Assembly (NCBI GenBank): GCA_024679065.1
Contig: JAGIQG010000004.1
Location: 78,058,001 to 78,122,000, forward strand
DNA length: 64,000 nucleotides
Direction: 5' to 3'
Source: Sphyrna mokarran
Taxonomy: Eukaryota
Shown: positions 1 to 11,985 of the stretch, piece after piece
How the letters are laid out: every line of letters begins with the position of its first letter
How positions within the stretch are numbered: position 1 is the stretch's first letter
Translations under genes and position numbers: made by a program
Notes under the pieces: model-generated
Seen by the model: the letters and a program-made list of their open reading frames with translations, nothing else
What the model was told of the DNA's origin: nothing
Database searches by the model: none

Positions 1-19
1 CTTGTCAGTAAGATAATTG

Positions 20-272
20 ATGGCACAGTGGTTAGCACTACTGTCTTACAGCTCCAGAAACCCAGGTTCACTTTCTGGATTGGGTCACTGTCTGTGTGGA
101 GTTTGCATGTTCTCCCTGTCTCTGCGTGGGTTTCCTCTGGGTGCTCTGGTTGCTCCCACAGTTTGAAAGACGTTCTGGTTAGATGCATTGACCTAAACAG
201 GCTCCAGAATGTGACGACTAGGGGGATTGCATGGTAACTTCACTGCAGTGTTAATGGAAGCCAACTTTAAAA
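20..272 (+). mobile_element. V-SINE (tRNA head + V-domain), tail type B
   Basis: tggcacagtggttagcact A-box-like head; V-domain ctgtgtggagtttgcatgttctccc...gggtttcctc; tail gtaacttcactgcagtgttaatg. Confidence 0.85.
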
Positions 273-1570
273 CTTGTCCCTGGTTCCTTTCAGATATTCA
301 AGAGGTCCAGGCTGCAGAGGAACATTAAAAAGACAGTGATGATGAAAGTGCGTTGTCACTCAATTACAACTGACACAAGACCTTCCAAACCCACAACCTT
401 TACCACCTAGAAAAACAGGGGCAGCAAACATATGGGAATATTATCCCCTGCAGGTCCCCTCCAAGCCACACACCATTCTGATTTGGAACTAATCTCACTG
501 TTGTTTCTCAAGGACATTGGAAAAACATGCTGACCTAGCCAGGGGGATCCTCACATGCCATGAAAGAACCTTTTAGATGTTGACAATGGACAACATCAGG
601 GTGGGATCTATGCAAGATAGTACACTGGGTACAACTAGGCACCATGTGATGAGGGCAGGGGTGGGGTGATGTTGTGTGTGGAGGGAGGCGGAGAGGAAAG
701 TCCAGTTACCAGCTCACCAGAAAGTAAGGCCACACACAGGTTCTACTGCAGAGGATTCAACTGAGTCCTCAAATGTGACAAGCTACAGTGCAATGTTGCA
801 TGTACAATAAAATGCTGCTGGCAAGAATGTCACAAAGCATGAAGGAGTCCAATACCAATTTATACACAGAATGGAACCTATGCTTTCCCAGTGTGACATT
901 GTGATAAACTCTCTAAAAGCACTTGTAAACCCAATTGTGATGCATCATCAGATGGCCAATAATTTGGAAAATACTGGATTAACTCAGTGGTTCTGGCAGC
1001 ATTTCTTGAGAGAGAATCAGAGTTAATGTTTCAAGTCTGATATTACTCATCACCGGGTAGTCTTTTGGTTTATCGTATGGCTCAAATGGGTTGTTGCAGA
1101 TGAAGAAATTATGACTGCTACCAAAGTACCGGCCATTAATCTGCAAGATGCTTCCTGAGTCTGCAGGTGTCCTACTGAAAGCCTTCCCACTCCCCTCCAT
1201 TCTTTTCCAGCAGCATATCCTGCTCTGTGTACACTCTGCGAAATCTCCAAGCCACCCTGTTTTTCATGGGGAACACTGTGACCATATCTGGTTTATAAGG
1301 AAGTCTTGATACCTTCTTCAGTACCTGTCGCCCCATTCCTTGTAGATTTTTATAACTTGAAGTAACTGTAGAAACAACCAAACACTTGTAGAATCAAAGT
1401 AACAACCAGAAGGGGAAAAATACAGCAGCTAACCTTTAATTGATTGATAGCCCCTATAGCCAGTGCTGATGTTGGGGGAAGGGGTGGTGGAGTTGTGACT
1501 GCTGCCGAACACGTGTCTGACTGTATAAGGTCAGGAAACACCATCAGCTGAAGCGCAGTGTTCCAAAATA

Positions 1571-1870
1571 GGGCAACACATTGATTAGCACTGCTGCCTT
1601 GTATGCCAAGGAGCAGCATTCAATTCCAGCCTCAGGTGACTGTCTGTATGGAGTTTGCACATTCTCCCAGTGTCTGCGTGGGTTTCCTCCCGATGCTCTG
1701 GTTTCCCCCGACATTCCAAAGATGTGCAGGTTAGGTGATTGGCCATGGTAGTGTCAGGGAGATGAGGGGGGTAAATAGGTGGGGCTGCAGGGATGGGATT
1801 TGGGTGGGATTGTTGTCAGTGCAGACTTGATGGCCCAAAAGGCCTCCTTATTGCACTGTAGATTCTATGA
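1571..1870 (+). mobile_element. V-SINE (HE1-like), CR1-type tail A
   Basis: V-domain followed by tail gtgcagacttgatggcccaaaaggcctcc...gcactgtaagattctatga. Confidence 0.85.
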
Positions 1871-2119
1871 AAATGACGCTGCTGGTGCCATATCAGCATT
1901 GTGTGTAATTTATGTCATCTTGCCTGCTCTACATACTTCTGGCAGCTATTCACTGAGCATACTAACATCCTGACCAAAATGGCATCAACAATGAGTTGCC
2001 GCAGCCAAACATGTGGGTGCACTGTGGATGCCATCTTTGATTTCAAAGGGCACTTCTAATATCCAAACAGGGGCATAAACAATATGTATTTCTCTTTTGT
2101 ATGTCAAGGACTGGTCGTT

Positions 2120-2436
2120 GGGCAGCACTGTGGTTAGCATTGCTGTCTCACAGTGCCAGGAACCCAGACTCAATTCCAGCCTCAGGTTATTGTCTCTGTG
2201 GACTTTGCACGTTCTCCCTGTGTATGCTTGGATTTCATCCAGATGCTCTGGTTTCCTCGCACGCTTCAAAGATGTGCAGATTGGGTGCATTGGCTGTACT
2301 AAATTGCCCCTTAGTGTCAGGGGGATTAGCAGGGTAAATACTTGGGGCTACTGGTATAGGACTTGGGTGGGATTATTATCAATGCAGACTTGATGGACTG
2401 AACAGTCCATCTGCACTGTAGGGATTCAATGATTCT
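2120..2436 (+). mobile_element. V-SINE (HE1-like), tail A
   Basis: gggcagcactgtggttagc head, V-domain, and ctgcactgtagggattcaatgattct tail. Confidence 0.85.
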
Positions 2437-3547
2437 GCGATATCTAAATAATCCTTCTTCCACAAATCATGCATTGCCAGATCTTATCTAATATTTATTC
2501 TGTCCATTCTTCCCATTACTTTTCAAATGGCTTTGTTATCAGAGTTCAGCTTGCTATTCTATATCTCTTTTATTTTCATTTCCAAGTTAACCTTTTCCTT
2601 AACCCTGAAATGTTGAACACTGCAGTTGAAACGGATCAGTAATCCTTTCTGACCTTCAAATGTACACCAAGCATTGAGTGTTCTTTTGCATTTCATTTTT
2701 ACTGAGTCTGCATATTAAATCAAATGCCTGCACTCTGAATTAAAACAATTCTCTGCTGCCTCCCATCAACATTACTGGAACAGTATTTAAAGCATTTTTG
2801 CTGACTGGGAAGGAAGGCAGAGATGGTATTCCTTCTCTTACATATAAGAAATTGATTGTTCAATCAGCTTGTTTATTTCCCCAAAAGGTTATCTAATAGG
2901 CGTCCTTCAGTTTTCACTGAAGTATTCCATGTTAAATAATAAAGATAGCTTTTATTCAGGATACGTCGCACAGTGCATTGATTCTTCACAAGTATATAAC
3001 CAAAAGATGATCAATCCTATCCAGCAAGCTCTATGTCCAATGGTTTTGCCAGACTTACAATATTTCTCACTATTCAATGAAGAAAAAAGCTTGTTTATAT
3101 CATCATTCATAATCAAGTCTCCAAAATCAGAGCATTAAAGGACTGGTCATGCTGTTCACTGGGTTTAAGACTTGGGCATAGATATCATGTTCCTTCCCTT
3201 TATTTTCAATGGACGAGTTAAAATTTCAATCATGTGCCTTGCATTATCTGTTCAACCATAGTGATGGTCACTGAAGTGGAAAGAGAGAGCAGCCACGTCT
3301 TAATAATATTCCTGCCAACATTCAGCAATGTGAACTTTTGAGTAGGCTGAACGATGTTGCATAAATTTAAAAGTGTCTTATTTAAGAGACTCATTTACTT
3401 TCGAGTGAATGTGATGAGATTTTGTTTCTAATGCTCTAATTACCATGAAGAAATGGTTAGATCCATTAAATTCAATCTCAATTACCTTGCTTTCTATTAT
3501 CAATGTGACACCGTAATTAAACCGCAGCCCTTTCATTTTATGTTTAG

Positions 3548-3746
3548 ATCCCTCTCGGGGCGAATTGTTGGAGGAGTCTGGTGGTTCTTCACCTTGATTA
3601 TAATCTCATCATACACTGCCAACCTTGCTGCATTTCTCACTGTGGAGAGAATGGTTTCTCCAATAGAAAGTGCAGAAGATCTTGCGAAACAAACAGAAAT
3701 TGCCTATGGAACATTGGATTCAGGCTCTACCAAAGAATTTTTTAGA
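3548..3746 (+). CDS. GRIA3: AMPA receptor (GluA3-like) internal exon encoding M3 and the start of S2; equivalent to mammalian exon 12
   Basis: Acceptor tttag| at 3546-3547 and donor AGA|GTAAGT at 3747. The 199 nt are 1 nt completing an Arg codon plus 66 codons: [75 protein letters not shown] is the iGluR gating motif. DLAK plus LDSG matches GluA3/GluA4 (GluA1 has LEAG, GluA2 has DLSK). Confidence 0.97.
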
Positions 3747-3957
3747 GTAAGTGCTTTTCTTGTTTGGTATTCAATTGTTACTATAATCTGTAGTGCAATT
3801 CATATATTTTTTAAAACAATACGGTTTTGTGGAATGAGGTGTTAATGCTGTGAAGAGTTGGGAAGTCGCAATGATCTCATTTTGATGAAAGCAAGGTCTG
3901 TTCAGTTTTTTTTAACACACTGCCACTTTGTAATCGATCTCCTGCCAAGTGGTTAGG

Positions 3958-4258
3958 TTTAAATTTATTTATCAGTGTCACTAGTAGGCTTACATTAACA
4001 CTTCAATGAAGTTACTGTGAAAATCCCGTGGTTGCCATATGCTGGTACCTGTTCGGATACACTGAGGGAGAATTTAGCACGGCCAATGTACCTAACCAGC
4101 AGGTCTTTAAGACTGTAGGAGGAAACTTGAGGAAACACATGGAGACACAAGGAGAATGTGCAGACTGTGCACAGACAGTGACCCAAGCCAGAGATTGAAC
4201 CTGGGTCCCTGACGCTGTGAGGCAGGCGTGGCAACCGCTGTGCCACTGTGTCGTCCCC
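3958..4258 (-). mobile_element. V-SINE, tail type B
   Basis: Reverse complement of head, V-domain and tail B (tttatttatcagtgtcactagtaggcttacattaacac). Confidence 0.85.
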
Positions 4259-4369
4259 TTAAATTTTGCAACTTGGAATCCCTACCAGGCTGAGTGGTTC
4301 ATTCAGGGAAATATTTACTTTGTGAATGAGATGGTTTCACAGGAAAGCACCGACTCTGAGCACATAAAT

Positions 4370-5280
4370 AAATGACTAGGAAGAAAACATAGCTGGTCTG
4401 CTTGACAGGTTTGTGGATTAAACTAAGATTGCTGGAGTTGCAGACAGTGATGAAGAGTGTCAGACATATAGATACACTGGATAGAGATAGACTGGAAAAT
4501 TGGGCAGAGAAATGACAATGGAATTTACTCCGAACAAATGCGAGGTGATGCATTCAGATGGGAGTTTTACAATAAATGGCAGAATTGTCAAGAGCATAGA
4601 CACACAGAGAGGCCTGGGAGTACAGGTCCACAGATCCTTAAAAATGGTGTATAGGTAGAAAAGAAAGAACGTGGCAAGTTTGTCTTCATCAGCCAAGGCA
4701 TCGAATATAAAAGTTAGCAAATTATGTTACGGTTATATAAAAAGTTGGTTAAGCCACATTTTTAATATTGTGTCCAATTCTGGTCGCCACACAATCAGGA
4801 GGACAAGGTGGCTTTGGTACGAGTACAGAAAATGTTCACCAGGGCGTTGCCTGGTACAGAGGGTATTAGCTATGAGAAGACATTGAATAAACTGGGATTA
4901 TTCTCCCTGGAAAGATGGAAGCTGAGGGGCGACATGATAGAAGTTTATAAAATTATGATGAGTAATGTGATGCTTTTTCCCAGTGCAGAAATGACAATTA
5001 CAAGGGGCACAAGATCCAGGTAAGGGAGGAAAGATTCAATGGAGCTGTGTGGGCAAAGCTTTTTTACATAGAGAGCAGTGGAGGTCTGGAAGGCACTGCC
5101 AAGTGCAGTTGGTTGAGGCAGACACATTAATGACATTTAAGACTTATTTGGATAGACACATGAACAGGCAGGAAATAGAGGGATACAGGCAATTAGCCCA
5201 GATAGGACAAGGTGATTAACTCAGGTTTGGTAGGCCGAAAGTCCTGTTTTTGTGTTGCACTGCACTTAGTTCTTTATTTT
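4370..5280 (+). mobile_element. 5'-truncated, degenerate CR1 LINE (RT C-terminus + 3' UTR)
   Basis: ORF fragments such as LGLFSLERWKLRGDMIEVYKIM are typical of the CR1 ORF2 end. Confidence 0.88.
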
Positions 5281-6194
5281 ATATATCTCTGATGGTGCTG
5301 TTATCACATGCTCATACAAAGGTGGTGTTTGGAAGAACTGTGCACAGTTCATGGATTCTTATTTGTTATTGAGATAAAATGATTTCGCAAAACTAGCACA
5401 AAAAGTAAACTTGCTTTTCCTTAACTGGTGGGAGCTTTTTATTTTTCTGCAGCATATTATCTACAACTCTCTCAGACACAGCAAAAGCGCAGTCAGGGTT
5501 ATATCACCAACCACCCTCATACTGCCTCACTGTACTGAACAGAATGTGGGTATGTTCTGTCAGAAATCCAGATTTTGAGCCAGTGTGCTATCTCTGGTGC
5601 TACGTTGTGGTGCAGTTCAGATGTGGCAAGTAACCACAGCTGGGTAAGCAGATATTCCTGTTGTTGTGGTGCAGTTGAGGATATAACACAACTATTGAAT
5701 GGCCTTTCATTTTATGTTGATCTGCCTGGAAAACATCACTGATTCCATAATGCTGGTGTCCATGCTACCGAATGGCTTCAGCACATATGAAATCTGTCTA
5801 AGCAGTTTAATTCTTTTGATTTGCGATGTTTAGATTTTAGATGGTCATCTCCTAGTTTTGTGAATCAAGTCGCAAAATACTAGGGAAACATTTTTTTCTC
5901 TTTCTTCTTAACTCCACACCATTTTCACGTAGCTTTTCAGTGGGTTGGAATAGCCTTGGCTACAAATCATACATGCACCTCTAAAGTCGAGGTCCCCATA
6001 TGAGGCCCGCAGGAAAATTGTATTTCCATCGCACACTGTTTTTGGAAAAACATGTCAATTTTAGAAGTCCAACGAAAAATGGTGAGTTTGTCATCATTGG
6101 GGGAGACTTGCTGGGAAGTCAAGAATACAAATGTAAAATGTATTGACATCTTCATTCATTGTGAAGGAAAGATACTATTTCATTGAAGGCAACA

Positions 6195-6808
6195 ATGAAA
6201 AGGCTTACTAGGATGATTCCCAGAATGAAGGAAGTGTCTCATGAGGAAAGGTTAAACAGGCTGGGATTCTACACATTGGAATTTATAAGAACACGAGGTG
6301 AACTCATTGAATTCCTAAGGGGTTTGACAGGATAAATGCTAAGAGGATATTTCTCCTCATGGGAGAGTCTAGGACCACGAGGCAGAGGATGGAATTTTAC
6401 TGGCATGTCTACCAAGATTCGTACAATCCTGCCCGAGGCCAACGGAGAATGCCGTTTTCTGAGTTTCACCCGCCCCCTGAATTGGGGCAAGTACGCCAGT
6501 AAAATTTTGGCCATAATCTCAGAATAAATGGTTGCCAATTTAAGACTAAGATGAGGAGAAATGTCTTCTCTCAGAGGTTGTGAGTCTTTGGAGCTCCTTG
6601 TCACAAAGAGTTATTAGGAAGGGGTCCTTGTGTATAATTAAGGCTGAGCTAGATAGATTTTTGATCTGTAAGTGCATCAAGAGTTGCAAAGAAAGGGCAG
6701 AAAAGTGAATGTGAGGGACATTAGATCAGTCATGATCCTATTGAATGACGCTGCAGGCTCGAAGAGCTGAACAGTCCCGTCCTGTTCTTATTTCTTACAG
6801 TCTTATTA
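6195..6808 (+). mobile_element. CR1 3' fragment interrupted by a ~135-bp MITE (about 6388-6512)
   Basis: CR1 3' sequence is split by ggaattttactggc...gccagtaaaatttt inverted ends. Confidence 0.75.
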
Positions 6809-7367
6809 GCTGCTGCATTGTAATGTAGATGTGTTTTTAATGCTGTTATGTTTATTTGTTCTGCAAAGATATCTTGACCCTTACATTGTAATGGTGTAAT
6901 TTTTATCATGCATTACAGCACTTTTTCAATCAACAAATCTGCCAAGGTGCCAGAAAATCTTTTATAAAGTCCTGTCATCTTTTGCTGTCATGTTTTATGC
7001 TGTGATTTAACTCGACTTGAAAGCCGTGGATATAAAAAAACTGCTTTTGTAAGTTGAAAAAAGCCTCTGCACCTGCTCCCCTTCATTGATTGATAGGCAC
7101 TCTGGAAATGGAATGGGACATCTTTCTGTTCTGTCAATTTCAGACAATGCAGGAAGCTTTTGTTATAACAGCAATAGCATTTGTGAATGCTGGACTGGAT
7201 TTCAAAAGCTAATAATAGCTTCAGTTCAGCATAAACTCCACTTATCTAAGAATGATTGAAGCTTTTAAGACATATTAATAACAGAAGATGCCTTTGATAG
7301 GGGCTTTTTTTGTTCATAAATCTAATAGGCTCTTAAATGATTTTCTTTTATTTTTCTTTCTTTCCAG

Positions 7368-7378
7368 GAGCAATAATG
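7368..7378 (+). other. candidate 11-nt cryptic/poison microexon GAGCAATAATG
   Basis: A pyrimidine tract of about 25 nt plus ccAG (7366-7367), a branch-like CTAAT at about 7322, and donor ATG|GTATGT at 7379. In the GRIA3 frame it reads GAG CAA TAA. Confidence 0.35.
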
Positions 7379-9591
7379 GTATGTTTGAATTCAGAGTTTA
7401 TAGGGTTTTTGGAGGTTGAAAAATAATTCCATTCTTGCTGTACTTTTCCTGTGGGCACAATGGAAATTGAGTGAGTGATTGCGGAGAATATGTGAAGATG
7501 TAGACGTGATCGGGTGGCGGGTGAGGGGTGAAGTTTCTAAGGCCTTTAAATGATGGGGCTGAGTTGTACCACCAAGATTCCTGTCCCCAAGCGCACAGGA
7601 AATTCCATCCCAGAATCTCAATTACACCTCAGTGATTATCAGGTACAAATTGTGTCACCTCTGAAATGTAATTAGATTTTTTCATCTGTTTGTGCTGGTA
7701 CTGATGCTTACACTGCAATTTAAACATCAATAGGGCAACGGTCACCTTTAAGAGGAAGATTCCTGGAAATTCACCCAGTCATTCAAACAAAATATGCATT
7801 TATGACTATTAAACATAGCAAGCTTTTATTTGGATGAAGAGAAGGCGAGGCTAATAATGTAATTAGAACGTGTGCCTCTTGCTTTGATTTGTATTACTGG
7901 TGGCAGGCTTTCAATTGGTAGCTGAGACTCATAAAATCACCTAGTGTGCCCCTGTGTAGACAATTTTGGAAGAAAACAAGTTGTCCTAGACATTGCTGTT
8001 GATATATTAATTTGGAGTTAATGTGCAATATTTTGAGGAGAGAAAAAGGTTGCTCAATACTCCGAATATCGCTGTTAATTTGCTATGGGAGGAAGTTCTG
8101 CAAATATGTTGGCGCATAGAACAGGTTGATCAACAGAACAGCAAATATAATAACAAGTCATGCAGAGGTCATTCCTTTACATTAGCACATGTAAGAACAT
8201 GTCAGATATTTCCTTCCAAAAGTCATTTTGCTACGTAGTCCTGAGCACTAATTCTGGAGGTAGGACTCAAAAGGATAGAACTATATTGAAACTGCTAGAC
8301 ATTCTCCCAGGAAATGGTGATGGAATTGAATTGCAAAGAAATAACAGGCACATTCTTTTTATTCAGTCATAGGATGTGGGCATTGCTGGCTCGACCAGCA
8401 TTTGTTACCCATTTCTAATTGCCTTGCGAAGGCAGCACTGAGCCACCCTCTGGAACCACCACAGTTCATGTGGCACAAGTATATCCACAGTAACGTTAGG
8501 AAGGAAGATCTCAATGACACAGTTTAAATATGTTTTTTAAGATACTTGTGTCACTGGCAAAGCCAGCATTATTTTCCATCCCTCAGTGCTGAGATAAAAT
8601 GGCTCTTGGTATGTTTCTTAAATTGCTGTTATCCATGTAGTGAAAGTCCTTCCACAATACTAGTGGAAGTTCCATGATATGATCCAGGGATGAAGAAGGA
8701 TTGAAAATACACGTTCAAGTTAGCATGATGCGTGAAGGGGAACTTGGAGGTGTCCCCATGTACCTGCTGCTTTTTTTGTTCTAGCTGGTGGTGACTACAG
8801 CTTTGGGAATGCAAAGGTTATAATCTTAGCACATTTTAAGGACCATTAGACATACTTCTCAGATGATCACTCTAAAGCTAAGGTTGAGAAAGACAAATCA
8901 GAGACATTTAATGCATCTGAAGGTCTCTTTTTATTTTCCCCAAAGGAAATTGTCTAGCTGTGAATATTGTCATCTTCCAGATATCCTTTTTAACAAGTTT
9001 CAGCTATATTATAGTATCTTGGATATTGTGAGGCTCCGGGATTCTCGACTCAGTAACATATCTCTTCTCCAAAAAGCATATAGATCTAGGGTTCATGAGT
9101 TTGTGACACAGAAGGCTTTGTGAGACAATATAAATTTTAATCTAGATAAAAATTAATTGAAGAATTGGTCATGAAATTCACCATTTGGTAATTCAGTCAA
9201 TTGCAACACTAATAGTTCTAGAAAATGATAGAAAATACAAACTTATTTGTAATGGAAAATCCAATTTTATCTCCAAATACTGTCACATTAAAATATTTAA
9301 GTAGGAAATCCCTTAATTAATCCCTAAATTAATTAAAGTAACATTTAACTCAAATCATCAAGTTGAAGAATACAACATTAGCAATGTGCCTTTGTCTTGG
9401 TCATAATTGTCAACCTTTAATAATCATACTGTTTCCATGAGAGATAGTGAAGCTATTTTAGAGAATCTGAAAATTTAAAATATGCTTTCAACTTTTATGT
9501 TGTCCCAAATAATATTGTATAACTGCTCATTTCTTTGATTTCTAAGAAAGCCAACATTGATGCAGGCTGCAAGAGATGAGATAGGGTCATA

Positions 9592-10402
9592 GGACCGATT
9601 TTATCATCAAGTTGCACCCGTTTTTTGGCATGAAAACTTGGTAACGTTGGGTATGAGTTGCGTAGTGCAATCCTCTCCCGGCCTCCGTGCCAGTTCCCCC
9701 TTTACCAAGGCCCAAAAATGGTTGCAATTGGGACCGCGCCCGAAATGAATGCAACAAATATTAAAATGTATTTCAATGGACTTATGCACACCCAACCTTA
9801 CTGGCACTTCCCCCTTTACCAACGCATTCACCCGTCCAGATTTGGCCGACATGCTCTACAAAAGTCCGATTCAGGCATTTCAGTGAGTGAGACATAAGTG
9901 CCGAGCACTTGACGCTCTGCTTGAGATCGGTGAAGAAGGGGAAGATGGATCTGATGGCTCTGCCTGAGAACGATGTTGGGGGAAAGAGGAAGGTCTATTA
10001 TCACTCTACCTGAGATCACTGTGGGGGAAGGGGTGTCTGCTGCCACTCTCCTGCAATCAGTAAGGGTGGACGGGCACACAATTGGTTTGACTTGCGAACA
10101 GGATGGGGGGATAAGAGGGTCAGTATGTTATGGAGGTGAGGTAGTATTTGATGGAGCCAGAGGGAGGCATTATCCAGCCCATGAGGAATGTGGCAGGGAA
10201 GAATTATTCTATTTTTTTTTGTCTGCGCATGCGCAGTTAGAGGCGCTGATAGGAACTGCAGGGTTTCAGGCATGTTAAGCCCCATCCACAGGTTTGTGCA
10301 ACATGTATGGTGGCACCTGAGAATGAGTCTAAAAGTCAAATCTGAAACAGTCCCAGTTTCAAGTCTGCCCAGCACTTAAAATCAAACTGGTAAAATAGGG
10401 CT
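9592..10402. mobile_element. ~810-bp non-autonomous DNA transposon (PIF/Harbinger-like by its terminal inverted repeats)
   Basis: Left end ggaccgattttatca versus right end tggtaaaatagggct (11/15 complementary). The interior is CpG-rich with no transposase ORF. The superfamily assignment is an inference. Confidence 0.6.
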
Positions 10403-10404
10403 CA

Positions 10405-10696
10405 AAGAATCCTACAGTGCAAAAAAAGGCCATTTGGCCCACTGAGTCCACACCCTGGACCTATCCCCATAACCCCATATTTTTATTCTAGCTAGTCTCC
10501 TGACACTAAGGTGCAATTTAGCATGGCCAATCGACTTAACCCGCACATCTTTGGACTGTGGGAAGAAACTAGTGCACTGGGAGGAAGCCCACGCAGGTAC
10601 AGGAAGAACATACAATCACACAGACTGAGATCTAAGTCAGGAATCAAATCTGGGTCCCCGACGCTGTGAGGCACATTGCTAACCACTATGCCACGA
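10405..10696 (-). mobile_element. V-SINE (HE1-like), tail A
   Basis: Reverse-complement V-domain and tail; directly abuts the DNA transposon end. Confidence 0.85.
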
Positions 10697-11379
10697 TGGT
10701 TCATCTAACTTTGTTTCAGGATTAAAGAGTTAGTTATAATTCAGTTTGTGTTTGGTTAACTTTGTCAAAAAAATAAGTTGACAGTGATTTAAACCTATCA
10801 GAATTAAATCACGTTATTGAATCTTACACTGTGGTAGCTTTTGTGACATTTATTCATGTTTTAGCCTGTGATAAGTTTGTGGCTTTAGAAGAAACTGTTT
10901 CTTATTGGGAGTTACTCTTATAGTTTTAAGATGAGGTAAGTTTTTTTCACAAAGGGACACATAGAGATGAATGTTGCCTTTGTGCAAAATGAACTCCTTT
11001 TTAATTTTAAACTCCCATTTAAAAGTAAATAATTCTTAACTCTTTAACTCCTCATAAAGGCTGGATTCCTTCACAGGAGATGCTACAAAACAAGCTTTAA
11101 AGAGTTACTGCTGTTCTAACCCAGAAAATCAGTTAGTGAATGATGTAACAGCAGCCAATTTTTATACAATTTCATTTTTATTTACAGAGTAACACACTAC
11201 AAGTATACACCACCTAACACAGCAACGATAGTTTTAGTCTGTGTCTATTTACAGTGACCCTGTCAATATCCACCATACAATTTAAACACAATGAATACAC
11301 AATGAATTAACAGCTGCATTCGGTATACTCTACAAATGTAGTATGCTGATGCTGACTGCATGAATCTTGAAATTGTTGT

Positions 11380-11985
11380 ATAGAATGCCAATCAACGGGA
11401 CTACTTTGACATGACTGGTATTGAGCATTTGAGCGGTGTCAAAGCAGCAGCCACAAAGGCAGTTGGAGAATATATTATCACACCTTTATCATTTGTGTTT
11501 CATTGGTGCTGAAGGGATTTTGGCAAGTCACAGAGTGAGACACTTAGCACTGCATATGCAACCACTGGCCTGCTCTGTAGACAGGACATTTATGTGATTG
11601 GTCCAATTGAATATCTTGTCAGCAGTGATCCCCAGAATATTGATGATGAGGCATTCTGTGAGGTTATTGCATGACATGGGGACATGTTATGGGGGATTTG
11701 TTCACTGGAACTCTACCGCACTGCCCACCACAGGAATTAGGCAGACAATGGGAAGGTCTGGTGACCTTTGCCAAGATTTTCCGGTCTCAGGTCAAGCGAA
11801 GTCGTAGAATTCAGCCTGTTGTCTCTTGTTGGAGATAGCCATTGTCCAGCACTTGTGTTGCATAAATATTACTTGTCACCTGTCAGTTCAAGCCTCAGGT
11901 TTGTTTATGTACTGCTGCAAGCAGCCATGGACTGTTGCATTATCTGAAAAACATTCAAGTGAAGCTGAACACTGTGAAATCAACA
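11380..11985 (-). mobile_element. degenerate fragment of the CR1/L2-clade LINE family also seen at 40855-42340
   Basis: Sequence is similar to 41230-41780 (e.g. gatagccattgtccagcacttgtgttgcataaatattacttgtcacctgtcag). Confidence 0.65.

Noticed and set aside
20-100. tRNA genes at SINE heads (here and at other copies)
   Set aside because: The A/B-box-like heads run straight into SINE bodies and do not form complete cloverleafs.
1-3547. Q/R-site exon or its editing-complementary sequence
   Set aside because: The M2 exon is not in the window, and Q/R editing among AMPA receptors is specific to GRIA2.
3453-3845. 130-aa ORF as a stand-alone gene
   Set aside because: Only 3548-3746 is AMPA receptor sequence bounded by splice sites; the rest is intron read-through.
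10865-10941. Possible 71-nt cryptic exon ending at a consensus donor GAG|GTAAGT, with an in-frame TAG
   Set aside because: The acceptor has a weak pyrimidine tract, and isolated consensus donors are expected by chance in 53 kb.
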